Notes under the pieces: generated by a model | Told to the model about the DNA's origin: nothing | Databases searched by the model: none | What the model saw: the letters and a program-made list of their open reading frames with translations, nothing else | Assembly: GCA_013694995.1 (NCBI GenBank) | Contig: JACDBH010000006.1 | Span: 21,435-85,434 of the forward strand | Length of the DNA stretch: 64,000 nucleotides | DNA from: Candidatus Saccharimonadota bacterium | GTDB taxonomy: Bacteria > Patescibacteriota > Saccharimonadia > Saccharimonadales > JACDBH01 | Direction of reading: 5' to 3' | Program-made: the position numbers and the translations under genes | Shown here: one piece after another, positions 37,320-46,324 of the stretch | Layout of the letters: each line of letters starts with the position of its first letter | How positions within the stretch are numbered: position 1 is the stretch's first letter

Positions 37320-37724
37320 TTATTCGGTAACCTCGACTACGCCCTTCATGTACGGGTGTGGAGAGCAGTTATAGCTGTAGCTACCTACTGTATTGAAGGT
37401 AACACTGTATGTTTCGCCTTTAGCAAGCAGTGGGCCTTCTTTGAAATCGTCTGTGGCATCTTCGGGAGTTACGTTGTGCTTGGCATCATCGTTATTGGTC
37501 CAGGTAACAGTAGTGCCCTTTTTAACTGAAATGTTGGCTTGCTTGAAGGCAAAGTCTTCGATTGATACTGCGTTCGGGGCTGTTGCTGTCTCTGTATCTG
37601 CTGTCTCGCTGCTGTTCATGTTCATTGTGCTCATGTCATCGCTGCCTTTATCTTTTTTGAGAAGACTTGAGATGCCAACCACAGCTATGACAGCGATGAG
37701 TGCAATAATAATAAATTTTTTCAT
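37320..37724 (-). CDS. plastocyanin/amicyanin-type blue copper protein
   Basis: VTWTNND..HNV, YNCSPHPYM type-1 copper ligands. Confidence 0.92.
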   Translation of the reverse strand: MKKFIIIALIAVIAVVGISSLLKKDKGSDDMSTMNMNSSETADTETATAPNAVSIEDFAFKQANISVKKGTTVTWTNNDDAKHNVTPEDATDDFKEGPLLAKGETYSVTFNTVGSYSYNCSPHPYMKGVVEVTE

Positions 37725-37753
37725 GGTTGCTCCTTTTTTAGTAGATTTATGGT

Positions 37754-37783
37754 GTGGAGCACCCGCTTATATCGGGTGCTCCA
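37754..37783. terminator. intercistronic stem-loop
   Basis: GTGGAGCACCCG...CGGGTGCTCCAC. Confidence 0.7.
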
Positions 37784-37804
37784 CTAATATTTTTTTTAAG
37801 TTAC

Positions 37805-38488
37805 TTAGAACTTTTCTGGGTATTGCTTGACGATAGCACCGGCTAACGTGTCAGCGACCTTGGTTGTAACCTGGGTACGCGTACGCATTTGGGCATCGTA
37901 TGAACCAGCATAGTCACCAGCACCGTGCTTGTCGACTGTTTCTTTAAGCAAACCGACGTGCTCAGTAATCAAAGCTGCAACCGCTTCTTTTGGAAGATTT
38001 GGGTTAGCACCGCTTAGAAAAGCAGAGATGGCTTCAACGTAACCGTTGAGGTTCTCGACAGCCTTGGCCATACCAGCCGTGTTACCAGCTTTTGCAGCGA
38101 CAGTGTAGTCTACAAAGAATCCGATGTGGCTAGCCCAAATTTCTTTGAACTGAGCACCGGCTTCTTCGCCGTAAACACTAGCAACTGCTGCTGACAAATT
38201 GTCAGTGTTGGTGCCAAGTGATGCGGCAGCGGCCGTAAACATTGGCGAGCCATCAAAGCCTGCCCTTGTGGCTGCAGACGCCAAATCAACGTGCTCTGCC
38301 TCTAGGTTGTTAAGGACGGCCCGCAAATCTGCAGGTTTCGTATCTGTTGCTTTTATAGATGACTGCGCAGAGTTTTCCTGGCCATCATCATTATCGTTAC
38401 TGTTCATGGCATAACCGATTCCACCACCGACTAACAAGCCGACGGCAAGAGTAACGGCAGCCATACCGAGTCTGGATTTATTCTCCAT
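37805..38488 (-). CDS. membrane-anchored His-containing helical-bundle protein, copper-associated (tentative)
   Basis: ADLRAVLN..EHV, WASHIGFFVDY, EHV..L, QYPEKF; first gene of the cupredoxin operon. Confidence 0.65.
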   Translation of the reverse strand: MENKSRLGMAAVTLAVGLLVGGGIGYAMNSNDNDDGQENSAQSSIKATDTKPADLRAVLNNLEAEHVDLASAATRAGFDGSPMFTAAAASLGTNTDNLSAAVASVYGEEAGAQFKEIWASHIGFFVDYTVAAKAGNTAGMAKAVENLNGYVEAISAFLSGANPNLPKEAVAALITEHVGLLKETVDKHGAGDYAGSYDAQMRTRTQVTTKVADTLAGAIVKQYPEKF

Positions 38489-38525
38489 ACTATTGTCCTC
38501 CTTAGAACTTATTTATAATTGTGAG

Positions 38526-38582
38526 GTTTACTTAATAAAGTAAACTATTAATTAATATAAACCTCCAGATACTATATGTCAA
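38526..38582 (-). promoter_or_regulatory. promoter plus palindromic operator of the cupredoxin operon
   Basis: TTGACA-17-TATATT (38582-38554); GTTTACTT-AATA-AAGTAAAC (38526-38545). Confidence 0.7.
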
Positions 38583-38744
38583 CACTTTTTGCTTTGATGT
38601 CATAATTCTTACAATATGTTAGACGATTATCACCTAATTATAGCTAATTATGTTAGCCTTTATTTGCTACGCCGGACTTATCCTTCTCTGTGGAAAGCCT
38701 AATGACTTACCCGTTAGTCATGCCAACTTTGCTATACTGCTGAC

Positions 38745-39155
38745 ATGAACAGCTATACGCTTTGGGAGAACGATATTTTTATCGTAAGCACCCCCTATAA
38801 CCCACACTTACCTTACCGTGAAGGCATGCATATCGTAGCCGCACCAAAAAGAAAAATGGCTAATGCCTGGACAGATGTAGACCTAGCTGCAGATACTTTT
38901 AGACTGGCGGCTATGGTCTGCAAGTTGATTGAAAAGTTGCAACTTTCTCCGTGGTTTAATCTGCAGGCAAACGGGAACTGGGGATTATTGCCTGGTGCAG
39001 AGCCATTTTTTCACATCCACATTTATAGCAGAAACAAGACGGAGACATGGGCCAAACCCCTGGTCTTGCCCGAAGCACCGCGAACCTACCAAAACGACCC
39101 AATGCCAAAGGCAGACCGCATAATACTCATAGAAGCATTCAAAGCCTTAAAATAA
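38745..39155 (+). CDS. HIT-like family protein
   Basis: FNLQANGNW...FHIHIY. Confidence 0.75.
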   Translation: MNSYTLWENDIFIVSTPYNPHLPYREGMHIVAAPKRKMANAWTDVDLAADTFRLAAMVCKLIEKLQLSPWFNLQANGNWGLLPGAEPFFHIHIYSRNKTETWAKPLVLPEAPRTYQNDPMPKADRIILIEAFKALK

Positions 39156-39160
39156 GATGC

Positions 39161-39613
39161 CTACCCCTCCCGGCGGAAGAGAAACTCTAGCCAAGCGTTG
39201 AAGTTGCGCTCGTACCACGGGCCGGTGTCCTCGAGACCGGTACTTTGGCCTCTGACCTCCGGAAGCTCAACGTCGACAGTATGTGACATAGCAACGGTTT
39301 TGGGTACAATTAAAAGCTTTTCGCCAGGGCTAGCCTTATTGTATTGGCGGCGCACCACCAGCTCGATATATTGGTCGGTCTCTAAGTAAAGGTTTTTGAG
39401 CGCTAAGTTAGAATTCTCCAGCTGACGGACCTGATTGCGCTGTTGCATGGCCGACATCTGCTTTTGCAGGTCATAATTAGTCTGGACCACCTTAATGCCA
39501 CTCCAGGTAACTAGCAGCGCCATAATCGTAAATACAATCAGACCCAAAGTACGGACGTCAGTGAGGGTGTAATACAGGGAAGATTGTTGTAGTTTTTTTA
39601 TTTTTGATAACAT
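39161..39613 (-). CDS. septum formation initiator (FtsB/DivIC-like)
   Basis: TM, coiled coil, YIE..R...PGE. Confidence 0.7.
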   Translation of the reverse strand: MLSKIKKLQQSSLYYTLTDVRTLGLIVFTIMALLVTWSGIKVVQTNYDLQKQMSAMQQRNQVRQLENSNLALKNLYLETDQYIELVVRRQYNKASPGEKLLIVPKTVAMSHTVDVELPEVRGQSTGLEDTGPWYERNFNAWLEFLFRREG

Positions 39614-39705
39614 TTTGTAATGCTAGTATAGCAAACTTTGCTACTCTGTATAGTAAGAGTAAGTGGAGGAGTCTTAATATTTATTTAATCGGAGATTTGT
39701 AATTA

Positions 39706-40182
39706 ATGGGAATTAGAGCAACCAGCGGCCACGAATTTGGTGAACCCACCCCGCATGTAATGCGCGCGGCGGCATTTGCGCAGATAAACCAGTTTGTCCT
39801 AAATTCGGGACGCAAAGAGCAAGTTACTGAGATAATCCCGCTCGAAACCGAGCCAGAAATTGATATTGACCGACCCCCTATTAATACCGCATCGTCAACG
39901 GCACTACCGCCACTCAATTGGGACTCTGAAGCAATACAAAAACTGCGTAACTGTATTGATAAGCCACGTGGGCTATTTTTCCCCGAACCTGGCCCTAACC
40001 TCAAGGATCGTCAAAAGCTGGCTAAAGCCATCTGCGCGGAGTGTATCATTAACGACCTTTGCCTTGATGAAGCCCTGAAGAACAGTCAAAATGTTGGCAT
40101 TTGGGGCGGTACAACAAAAGGCGAACGCAAAAAGATTATCAATGCTCGCAGCCAAGCCGCCCAGGAAACTGAGGTGGCATGA
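39706..40182 (+). CDS. WhiB-like transcriptional regulator 1
   Basis: C...LFFP...CAEC-x5-C...GIWGG. Confidence 0.9.
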   Translation: MGIRATSGHEFGEPTPHVMRAAAFAQINQFVLNSGRKEQVTEIIPLETEPEIDIDRPPINTASSTALPPLNWDSEAIQKLRNCIDKPRGLFFPEPGPNLKDRQKLAKAICAECIINDLCLDEALKNSQNVGIWGGTTKGERKKIINARSQAAQETEVA

Positions 40183-40198
40183 ATATTAGGTATATCAA

Positions 40199-40711
40199 AT
40201 GAGCATTGAGACAGTGAACGATTGGCAGAGCAAGGAACCGACTGCTGAGGAGCTTCAACAAGTCGAATTACAAGCAATACTCGAAGCCAGGATAAAACAA
40301 ATGGATCCCGGAGACTTGAGGTATTGGCACAGCGCAATTTTGGATAGAGATTTCGAGGCAGACATTGAATTTGAAACTGAGGATCGTGTTAAGGAAGCCG
40401 CTGTATATTCAGATAATCCAATACCTACTGGAAAAACCACTGACTCCTACTGGAGGAGTAAGGGTTCTTGCCTAGGAGCAAACCTAAAATTATTTTATCC
40501 CGATAAAACCGGCAGATACGCTAGAGCAAATAACTACAACATAGTGTTACAAGCAAAAGCAATCTGCGAGACATGCGTGGTTCGTGTTGAATGCCTGGAA
40601 AATGCGCTAGAAAACAACGAGCAGTACGGCATATGGGGCGGGAAGACTGAAGATGAGCGTGACGAGCTTCTTAGGCGACAAGGTCATTCTGAACGAAACG
40701 TAAGTGCATAA
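40199..40711 (+). CDS. WhiB-like transcriptional regulator 2
   Basis: W..KGSC...LFYP...CETC-x5-C...YGIWGG. Confidence 0.92.
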   Translation: MSIETVNDWQSKEPTAEELQQVELQAILEARIKQMDPGDLRYWHSAILDRDFEADIEFETEDRVKEAAVYSDNPIPTGKTTDSYWRSKGSCLGANLKLFYPDKTGRYARANNYNIVLQAKAICETCVVRVECLENALENNEQYGIWGGKTEDERDELLRRQGHSERNVSA

Positions 40712-40730
40712 ATAGGTATAATATGGCTTA

Positions 40731-41120
40731 ATGAGCCCAAACCGGATCCCAAGAGGTGATTATTACCTAGAAACCAACCCAAATGGCGAAATAAAGCCCG
40801 ATAGTTCTCAGGTGTCGATAGGCAACAGCGACAGGCGTTTAGGAGAATTTGCTTTAGGGTTAGGGCTTTGGGCTTTCGAGGAGTGGCGGGCTTATGCGGC
40901 CTGCGCGGGGCTGAATCCTGATATATTTTTCCCTACGACAGATTATGACATAGAAGTAGCAAAAGCAATTTGTGCCGACTGTGGCGTTAGTCAAGAGTGC
41001 CTCAACTATTCCCAAGAACGCCCAGAGGTATACGGCATATGGGGGGGTAAAAATAAAGCTGAACGTCGGGCCTTACGGCACAGAGAGTCCGGCCATCCAC
41101 CTGAGAAATTGGTTGTATAA
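40731..41120 (+). CDS. WhiB-like transcriptional regulator 3
   Basis: WRAYAAC..PDIFFP...CADC-x5-C...YGIWGG. Confidence 0.93.
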   Translation: MSPNRIPRGDYYLETNPNGEIKPDSSQVSIGNSDRRLGEFALGLGLWAFEEWRAYAACAGLNPDIFFPTTDYDIEVAKAICADCGVSQECLNYSQERPEVYGIWGGKNKAERRALRHRESGHPPEKLVV

Positions 41121-41129
41121 TATATCCTA

Positions 41130-41453
41130 ATGAGGAAAGAAACCCCATCTTCAATCGAAGCAGATCCGCCGCTTCATCCAGCCCAGGCAGCAGAACTTGC
41201 AAATGCCAGAGAGGCCTTTGAACTAAATAAAACTGATGAGTTGTGGAAGGAATTTGGATACTGCGCAGGCAAGCAAAAAGAGTTTATGAAAAACAGTATA
41301 GCCGCAACAGCTATGTGCGATGTCTGTTTGGTCAAAGTTGAATGTCTGGAATTCGCAATTGAGAATAATCAGAATTTTTATATTTGGGGCGGCAAAACAC
41401 CTTCAGAACGCAAACGCCTGATCAAACGGCGTAACCAGGCCCCCAAGAAGTAA
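41130..41453 (+). CDS. WhiB-like transcriptional regulator 4
   Basis: W..GYC...CDVC-x5-C...YIWGGKTPSER. Confidence 0.88.
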   Translation: MRKETPSSIEADPPLHPAQAAELANAREAFELNKTDELWKEFGYCAGKQKEFMKNSIAATAMCDVCLVKVECLEFAIENNQNFYIWGGKTPSERKRLIKRRNQAPKK

Positions 41454-41589
41454 ACTTCTGTCCATACCAGACCTAATCTGCTATAATTTCCCTGTTAAAA
41501 ACAGCTTTTAGCCAAAATACCAAACCAGTTCGCTTGTCGAATGTTTTTGGATTTTGAGAGGAGATGGCTTGTAGGGTCTGTAGTTTTAA

Positions 41590-41706
41590 CAATCGGCTAA
41601 ACCAAGAACTTGTTCTGTTTAGACGATTGAAAGGAGCAACCGACCAAAAAGTGAAGTTTTGGAACAAACTTGTTACAAAACAAGCTAAAAGGTCGGGTTG
41701 CGACGA
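41590..41706 (+). repeat. 117-nt structured tRNA-leader element, copy 2
   Basis: 113/117 identical to 1152-1268; abuts tRNA nt 1. Confidence 0.92.
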
Positions 41707-41782
41707 GGGGGCGTAGCTCAGTGGTTAGAGCAGAGGACTCATAATCCTTTGGCCGTTGGTTCAAGTCCAACCGCCCCCACCA
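41707..41782 (+). tRNA. tRNA-Ile2(CAT), lysidine type
   Basis: GGGGGCG/CGCCCCC, CAT anticodon, encoded CCA; D-arm and variable region resemble E. coli ileX type. Confidence 0.85.
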
Positions 41783-41839
41783 AGCATAAGCACAATGGCT
41801 TCAGAGACTGGAGTCATTTAATTTTGTTATAGTTAGCAT

Positions 41840-42754
41840 ATGAATAAAGACCAGTATTTTATAAGCGAAAAGATGCTTGATGTTGGTGAAGGTCACACGC
41901 TGTACATTCAAGAGTGGGGCAAGCCCGATTCATCTAACCCTATTGTCTTTCTACACGGCGGACCAGGAAGCCAAGTTAAAGATAAGCATAAAGGGGCGTT
42001 TGACCCGAAAACCCAGCGCGTAATCTTCTTTGACCAGCGCGGCTGTGGCAAAAGCACTCCTTATGGCTCACTTGAGAACAATACTACCGACAAGCTGATT
42101 GAAGACATATCAAAAATAGCAGACACTTTTAATGCAAAAACTTTTGTTCTTCACGGCAGCTCTTGGGGGTCAACGCTCGCGCTGGCTTACGCGCTTGCAC
42201 ATCCTGAGCGCGTACACGCCTTAGTCATCGGTGGCATATTTACTGGCTCAAAAGCAGAGGCAAACTGGATTGATAAAGGGCATTTCAAAACATTCTTTCC
42301 TGATGTCTGGCAAGACTACCTTGATAGAACCCCAGCCGAACACCACAATGACCCAAGCAAATACCACTTTGATAAAGTCGTTAATGGTACGACTAAGGAA
42401 CAGAAGTTATCGGGTTACGCGTATGATTGTCTTGAGGCGGGCGTTATCCAGCTTAGTGACCGATACGAGGCAGAGGATTTCGGGGAATACGACCCCACAG
42501 GTATACGACTTGAGATGCACTATCTATCAAATGGATGCTTTCTACCAGACCGTCACATACTAGATAAGGCTGACAAGCTAAGTATGCCCGTTCATATTGT
42601 GCAAGGTCGCTATGATATGGTCTGCCCACCTCATACCGCTTACGAACTAAATGCTAAGTTACCAAACAGTAAATTGTATTGGACCTTGAGCGGTCATAAG
42701 CACGAACACGAAGGCGAGAATATCTTTAGAAGTATCTTTGCCTCTCTTGTCTAA
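41840..42754 (+). CDS. pip: proline iminopeptidase
   Basis: LHGGPG, FDQRGCGKSTP, GSSWG, QGRYDMVCP. Confidence 0.9.
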   Translation: MNKDQYFISEKMLDVGEGHTLYIQEWGKPDSSNPIVFLHGGPGSQVKDKHKGAFDPKTQRVIFFDQRGCGKSTPYGSLENNTTDKLIEDISKIADTFNAKTFVLHGSSWGSTLALAYALAHPERVHALVIGGIFTGSKAEANWIDKGHFKTFFPDVWQDYLDRTPAEHHNDPSKYHFDKVVNGTTKEQKLSGYAYDCLEAGVIQLSDRYEAEDFGEYDPTGIRLEMHYLSNGCFLPDRHILDKADKLSMPVHIVQGRYDMVCPPHTAYELNAKLPNSKLYWTLSGHKHEHEGENIFRSIFASLV

Positions 42755-42997
42755 TGGAGGTATAGTAGTTAGCTGTTTCAAACGCTTTCGTCTTATACAC
42801 TAGCCACCTTAGAGTACATAGCTAACCTCAGTTAGCGTACTGGCTCTAATCCTTCCCAGACAACGGCGTGTACTGTCCCAGCCCTCTGCAATATCTGCTA
42901 GGATATCTCAAGCGGGCGTGTTTCAAATAAGCTAAGATCATTCCCACCATAACCAATTTCAAACGATTTAACGAGTCTCGCTTCGGGTAAAATTCAC

Positions 42998-43960
42998 TTA
43001 AATTCGGGCTTGGCGGCGCTTGCGGTAGAACATTGTCAGTACGCCGTTTGCATAGACAATAGTAATGACTGCCATGATGCCAAAAGACAAGACTTTGTGT
43101 ATGCCAACTGAGTGTTGAATCGCGCGAGATAGTAAAAATTCCGCGGTTAATACAACGGATAAAATCCCATATACAGCTGTTAGAAACAGTTTGCCTTTGC
43201 TGCTAAGGAGTTGGCGGGTGCGTTTAATAACCTGCTTGTAGGACAAGTTTCGTTCAAACAGCGCGACCAGAGGCATAAGGCCATAATTTACAAGTACATA
43301 AAAGCTGATAGCTACGGCCGCAATAATGTAATAAGGCAACAGCTTAAGCGTTTCCTCTTGAGTAGTTTTGAACGCAAGGAAGTGTATCAGCCCAATAACA
43401 GCTATAGCCAATACCGGTACGGCAATCATCGATAAAAGCATCAGCCAAGAAACGGTGGTCCTGCCAATATTGTGCAGGCCGTCGTAAAGAGTGGCGCGAA
43501 CAGAGCGGATTCTTTTACTATTTGCACCCTGCATGATGGCAACCGACATAGAGTTAAGGATAAAAGCCAGGACCCACGCGAAGGCTGCGGTTAGCGAGCT
43601 GGCGGCAATAAGTGAAATTAAAAACATGTTTGCCCCGCTGGCTTCGGATATGAAGTAAGCTGTCATGAAGAATGCATAAGTCATCTCTGTGGCAATCATG
43701 ACATAGACATAGCCTAAGATTGCGGCAATTACGGTAACCGCTATAAATATATCCTCATTACGACGGATTGACTGCTTTAAATCACCGTTGGCGGTAGCTA
43801 GAAAATACTGGCGGCGATACCACGACAAACTTAGGCGTTTTGTTCTACGGACGTTGGCTTTAGTTAACCGCTGAGCCCGCAATTTGAGCGCTTTAATATT
43901 ACGGCTTGTGGGCAGCCGGGTTAACCTGGTTAGATATTCAGCTTGTAACTGCGTGATCAT
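42998..43960 (-). CDS. polytopic membrane protein
   Basis: About 6 TM segments; AAGGAG SD. Confidence 0.75.
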   Translation of the reverse strand: MITQLQAEYLTRLTRLPTSRNIKALKLRAQRLTKANVRRTKRLSLSWYRRQYFLATANGDLKQSIRRNEDIFIAVTVIAAILGYVYVMIATEMTYAFFMTAYFISEASGANMFLISLIAASSLTAAFAWVLAFILNSMSVAIMQGANSKRIRSVRATLYDGLHNIGRTTVSWLMLLSMIAVPVLAIAVIGLIHFLAFKTTQEETLKLLPYYIIAAVAISFYVLVNYGLMPLVALFERNLSYKQVIKRTRQLLSSKGKLFLTAVYGILSVVLTAEFLLSRAIQHSVGIHKVLSFGIMAVITIVYANGVLTMFYRKRRQARI

Positions 43961-43988
43961 CTATTTTTAGTCTCCTTAGGTGGAGATG

Positions 43989-44070
43989 CTTGTAAGTTGC
44001 TTACAAGAACCCACACCAATTGTTCCACATTATTTTGATACATTATAGCATATATTGTTACTAGAGTCAA
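43989..44070 (-). promoter_or_regulatory. promoter with downstream palindrome
   Basis: TTGACT-17-TATAAT with extended -10 (44070-44042); CTTGTAAG-TTG-CTTACAAG at 43989-44007. Confidence 0.65.
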
Positions 44071-44159
44071 TATTAACTGATCACAATGTTCCCTGCAGCT
44101 ATTCAAATATGAAATAAGGGAATATAATAGCTGCAATATTTAAACAAAGGCTCATTAAA

Positions 44160-44480
44160 ATGGGTGAAAAAGCAGAATTTCCTAAGGAAATGTATTATCC
44201 AGAGGAGATAAAGGAATATCAAGCTATTGTAGACGAAAGAATTGCATCGGGTGCACCAACCTGGATAGAAGAAGGGATTGGCGACAATGAAGGACGCATC
44301 TTATATTTTTTCAAAAATAAGGATCTCCAGGGTTGTATAGCTCAATTAAATGAATCCAGGAAGTGCGAAGTCTATAGAACTATAGTCCGCGACGACAGTA
44401 TAATTAGAGAGTCTCTTAGCGAAGAGCAGGTTGTATTTGAAGAGGCTGTGCGGCTTTTACAGGATGCTATAGCTGCCTAA
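44160..44480 (+). CDS. hypothetical protein
   Basis: 106-aa ORF. Confidence 0.55.
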   Translation: MGEKAEFPKEMYYPEEIKEYQAIVDERIASGAPTWIEEGIGDNEGRILYFFKNKDLQGCIAQLNESRKCEVYRTIVRDDSIIRESLSEEQVVFEEAVRLLQDAIAA

Positions 44481-44498
44481 AAGACTTGTGTTGGTAAC

Positions 44499-45332
44499 TT
44501 AAACGTTTTTAATCGTACCGGCGAGTTGCTGAAGAATTAAAAAGCGTGAGTCGGTTTTCTTGAACAATTGGCTCAGGTCGGCGTCTTCGAGCTTTTCGTA
44601 ATCGGTCAGGCCATCTTCGGTTTCAAACTCTGCACCCAGCGGGTCGCCGTCTTGGTAGAACTGTATGACTTCATAGACAGTGTTGCCAGGAATTGTAACC
44701 GTATATAGCAGTCTGGTTTTCGGGACATCACTGCACATATCAGCACAGTACGTTACATATGCAAATTGAGTATTGGTGTCTACGAAAATATTAGTAGCAG
44801 GTGCGTTTTCTTTTGCCTGTTTAGCATCATCGAGACTTTTGATTCCGGCTTCACCAAAACCACCATGGCCCATCTCAGGGTCATGCGTCCAGTCAACCGA
44901 CATAATTCCTGCTACAACCGTATCATTTTGGCTGAATGTTAATATTTTCTGACTGCCCTTGGTTAGGTGTTTCATCCGCTCTTCTTCACCTTGCTTAAAT
45001 ATAACTTCACCCCATGTTTCTGGGTAGGCAAAACTTAGGCTAGCGGCTTCGTTTTTGTACTCCTTAAAGCCGGCGGGAATTGTATCGGCTTCTATTAGGG
45101 GCAAGTCTGAAGCATTCTGTTCGGACTGGTTAGCTGCCGGTGGTACTTCATCATCTTGCTTAACTGCCAGCACGGCGATAAATGCTCCGGCAATAAAGAG
45201 CACAAAAAGCACAAGGGCTATGATTAACGGTGTTAGGAAGCTTTTCTTCGGGGGCAGTATTACTTGTTTGGGTTCTACGGGCGGTGTTGCCGGCTCTACC
45301 GGACGACTTGGTTCATGTTCATCGGGGTTCAT
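44499..45332 (-). CDS. membrane-anchored hypothetical protein
   Basis: Pro-rich N-terminus, TM, YKN...SFAYPETWG. Confidence 0.75.
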   Translation of the reverse strand: MNPDEHEPSRPVEPATPPVEPKQVILPPKKSFLTPLIIALVLFVLFIAGAFIAVLAVKQDDEVPPAANQSEQNASDLPLIEADTIPAGFKEYKNEAASLSFAYPETWGEVIFKQGEEERMKHLTKGSQKILTFSQNDTVVAGIMSVDWTHDPEMGHGGFGEAGIKSLDDAKQAKENAPATNIFVDTNTQFAYVTYCADMCSDVPKTRLLYTVTIPGNTVYEVIQFYQDGDPLGAEFETEDGLTDYEKLEDADLSQLFKKTDSRFLILQQLAGTIKNV

Positions 45333-45382
45333 TAGATTCTCCTCACTTATACTTAAATTATACGCTAAAGCTACTAGCTAAT

Positions 45383-46267
45383 TTAAATAATCGTCGCCAG
45401 GGCCTTATGGGCGGATTCCACAGTTACTTCACTGCCGCCTTTGAGTTCCATGACTTCCCCATCCAGCTGCATCGGCATCTTGCGGATAGCGATAAACACG
45501 TAGCTAGTCTCCCGCCGAGTGGTATTTAGGTTACTAACAGCGGCTTTCACCAGTTTTTTGACCAGTTTACGTTTGTGGCTGCTGGGGAATGTCACCACCT
45601 CGAACTTACCATCATCTGGGCGGTTTTCTGGTGCAAGTGTCAGGACTTTAGCCATCTGATTAATATTGCCAAATAGCAAACTGTCTAGCCGAAAAACCTT
45701 GCCTTTATGCTTGATCCTAAAAGGACGGTACTTGCGGAATGTTTTTAGAACCAAAAGTATTTCTTTGAATGCATTCAGTGTGTGCTTATTGAGTTCAGTT
45801 GCAATCACAGGCGTCAGGCCAAGTCCAACGTAGGAATGCGCGTAACGGGTTACCGGTTCCAGTTTTGGACCTTTGGCAGTGACTTTTATGAGATCTATTT
45901 GGGTGACTATACCCTTTTTTATTTCCACCGAAAGGGGATTATCCTGCATGGTACGGCTATGGTCATTGGCATTGCCGGCAGGTAGTACAGCCGTGATTGC
46001 GCTCGGGTTGCCAGCGTCCATGACGCCGTTCACCACCTCGTTATAGCCACCGTCGCCGCTTGATGAAACGATAAGCGGGCATTTTGCCGACTTGGCAATT
46101 TGGCAGGCCAGCTCGCGGGCATGGCCGACATACTTGGTTGGTATCCGCTCAATTTTAAGATCGGGGAATTTAGGCCGCAACGATTTTTGCAGTTCTGCGG
46201 CCATTGCTTTGCTGTTCCCGGTGCTGTTGGGATTATAAATAATACTGATACGCGAATAATTTACCAT
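45383..46267 (-). CDS. diacylglycerol/lipid kinase family protein
   Basis: YNPNS, SGDGGYNEVVNG, PAGNAND, QLDGE. Confidence 0.92.
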   Translation of the reverse strand: MVNYSRISIIYNPNSTGNSKAMAAELQKSLRPKFPDLKIERIPTKYVGHARELACQIAKSAKCPLIVSSSGDGGYNEVVNGVMDAGNPSAITAVLPAGNANDHSRTMQDNPLSVEIKKGIVTQIDLIKVTAKGPKLEPVTRYAHSYVGLGLTPVIATELNKHTLNAFKEILLVLKTFRKYRPFRIKHKGKVFRLDSLLFGNINQMAKVLTLAPENRPDDGKFEVVTFPSSHKRKLVKKLVKAAVSNLNTTRRETSYVFIAIRKMPMQLDGEVMELKGGSEVTVESAHKALATII

Positions 46268-46324
46268 TACCTCAACATAATAGCTGTGATTTGTACAGAT
46301 TAATAGGGTAAATCTTACTTTCCA

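Noticed and set aside
41473..41667. 64-aa minus-strand ORF
   Set aside because: Antisense to the structured tRNA leader; no protein features.
42832..42994. Possible decayed gene fragment with an internal TAG on the minus strand
   Set aside because: No recognisable family.
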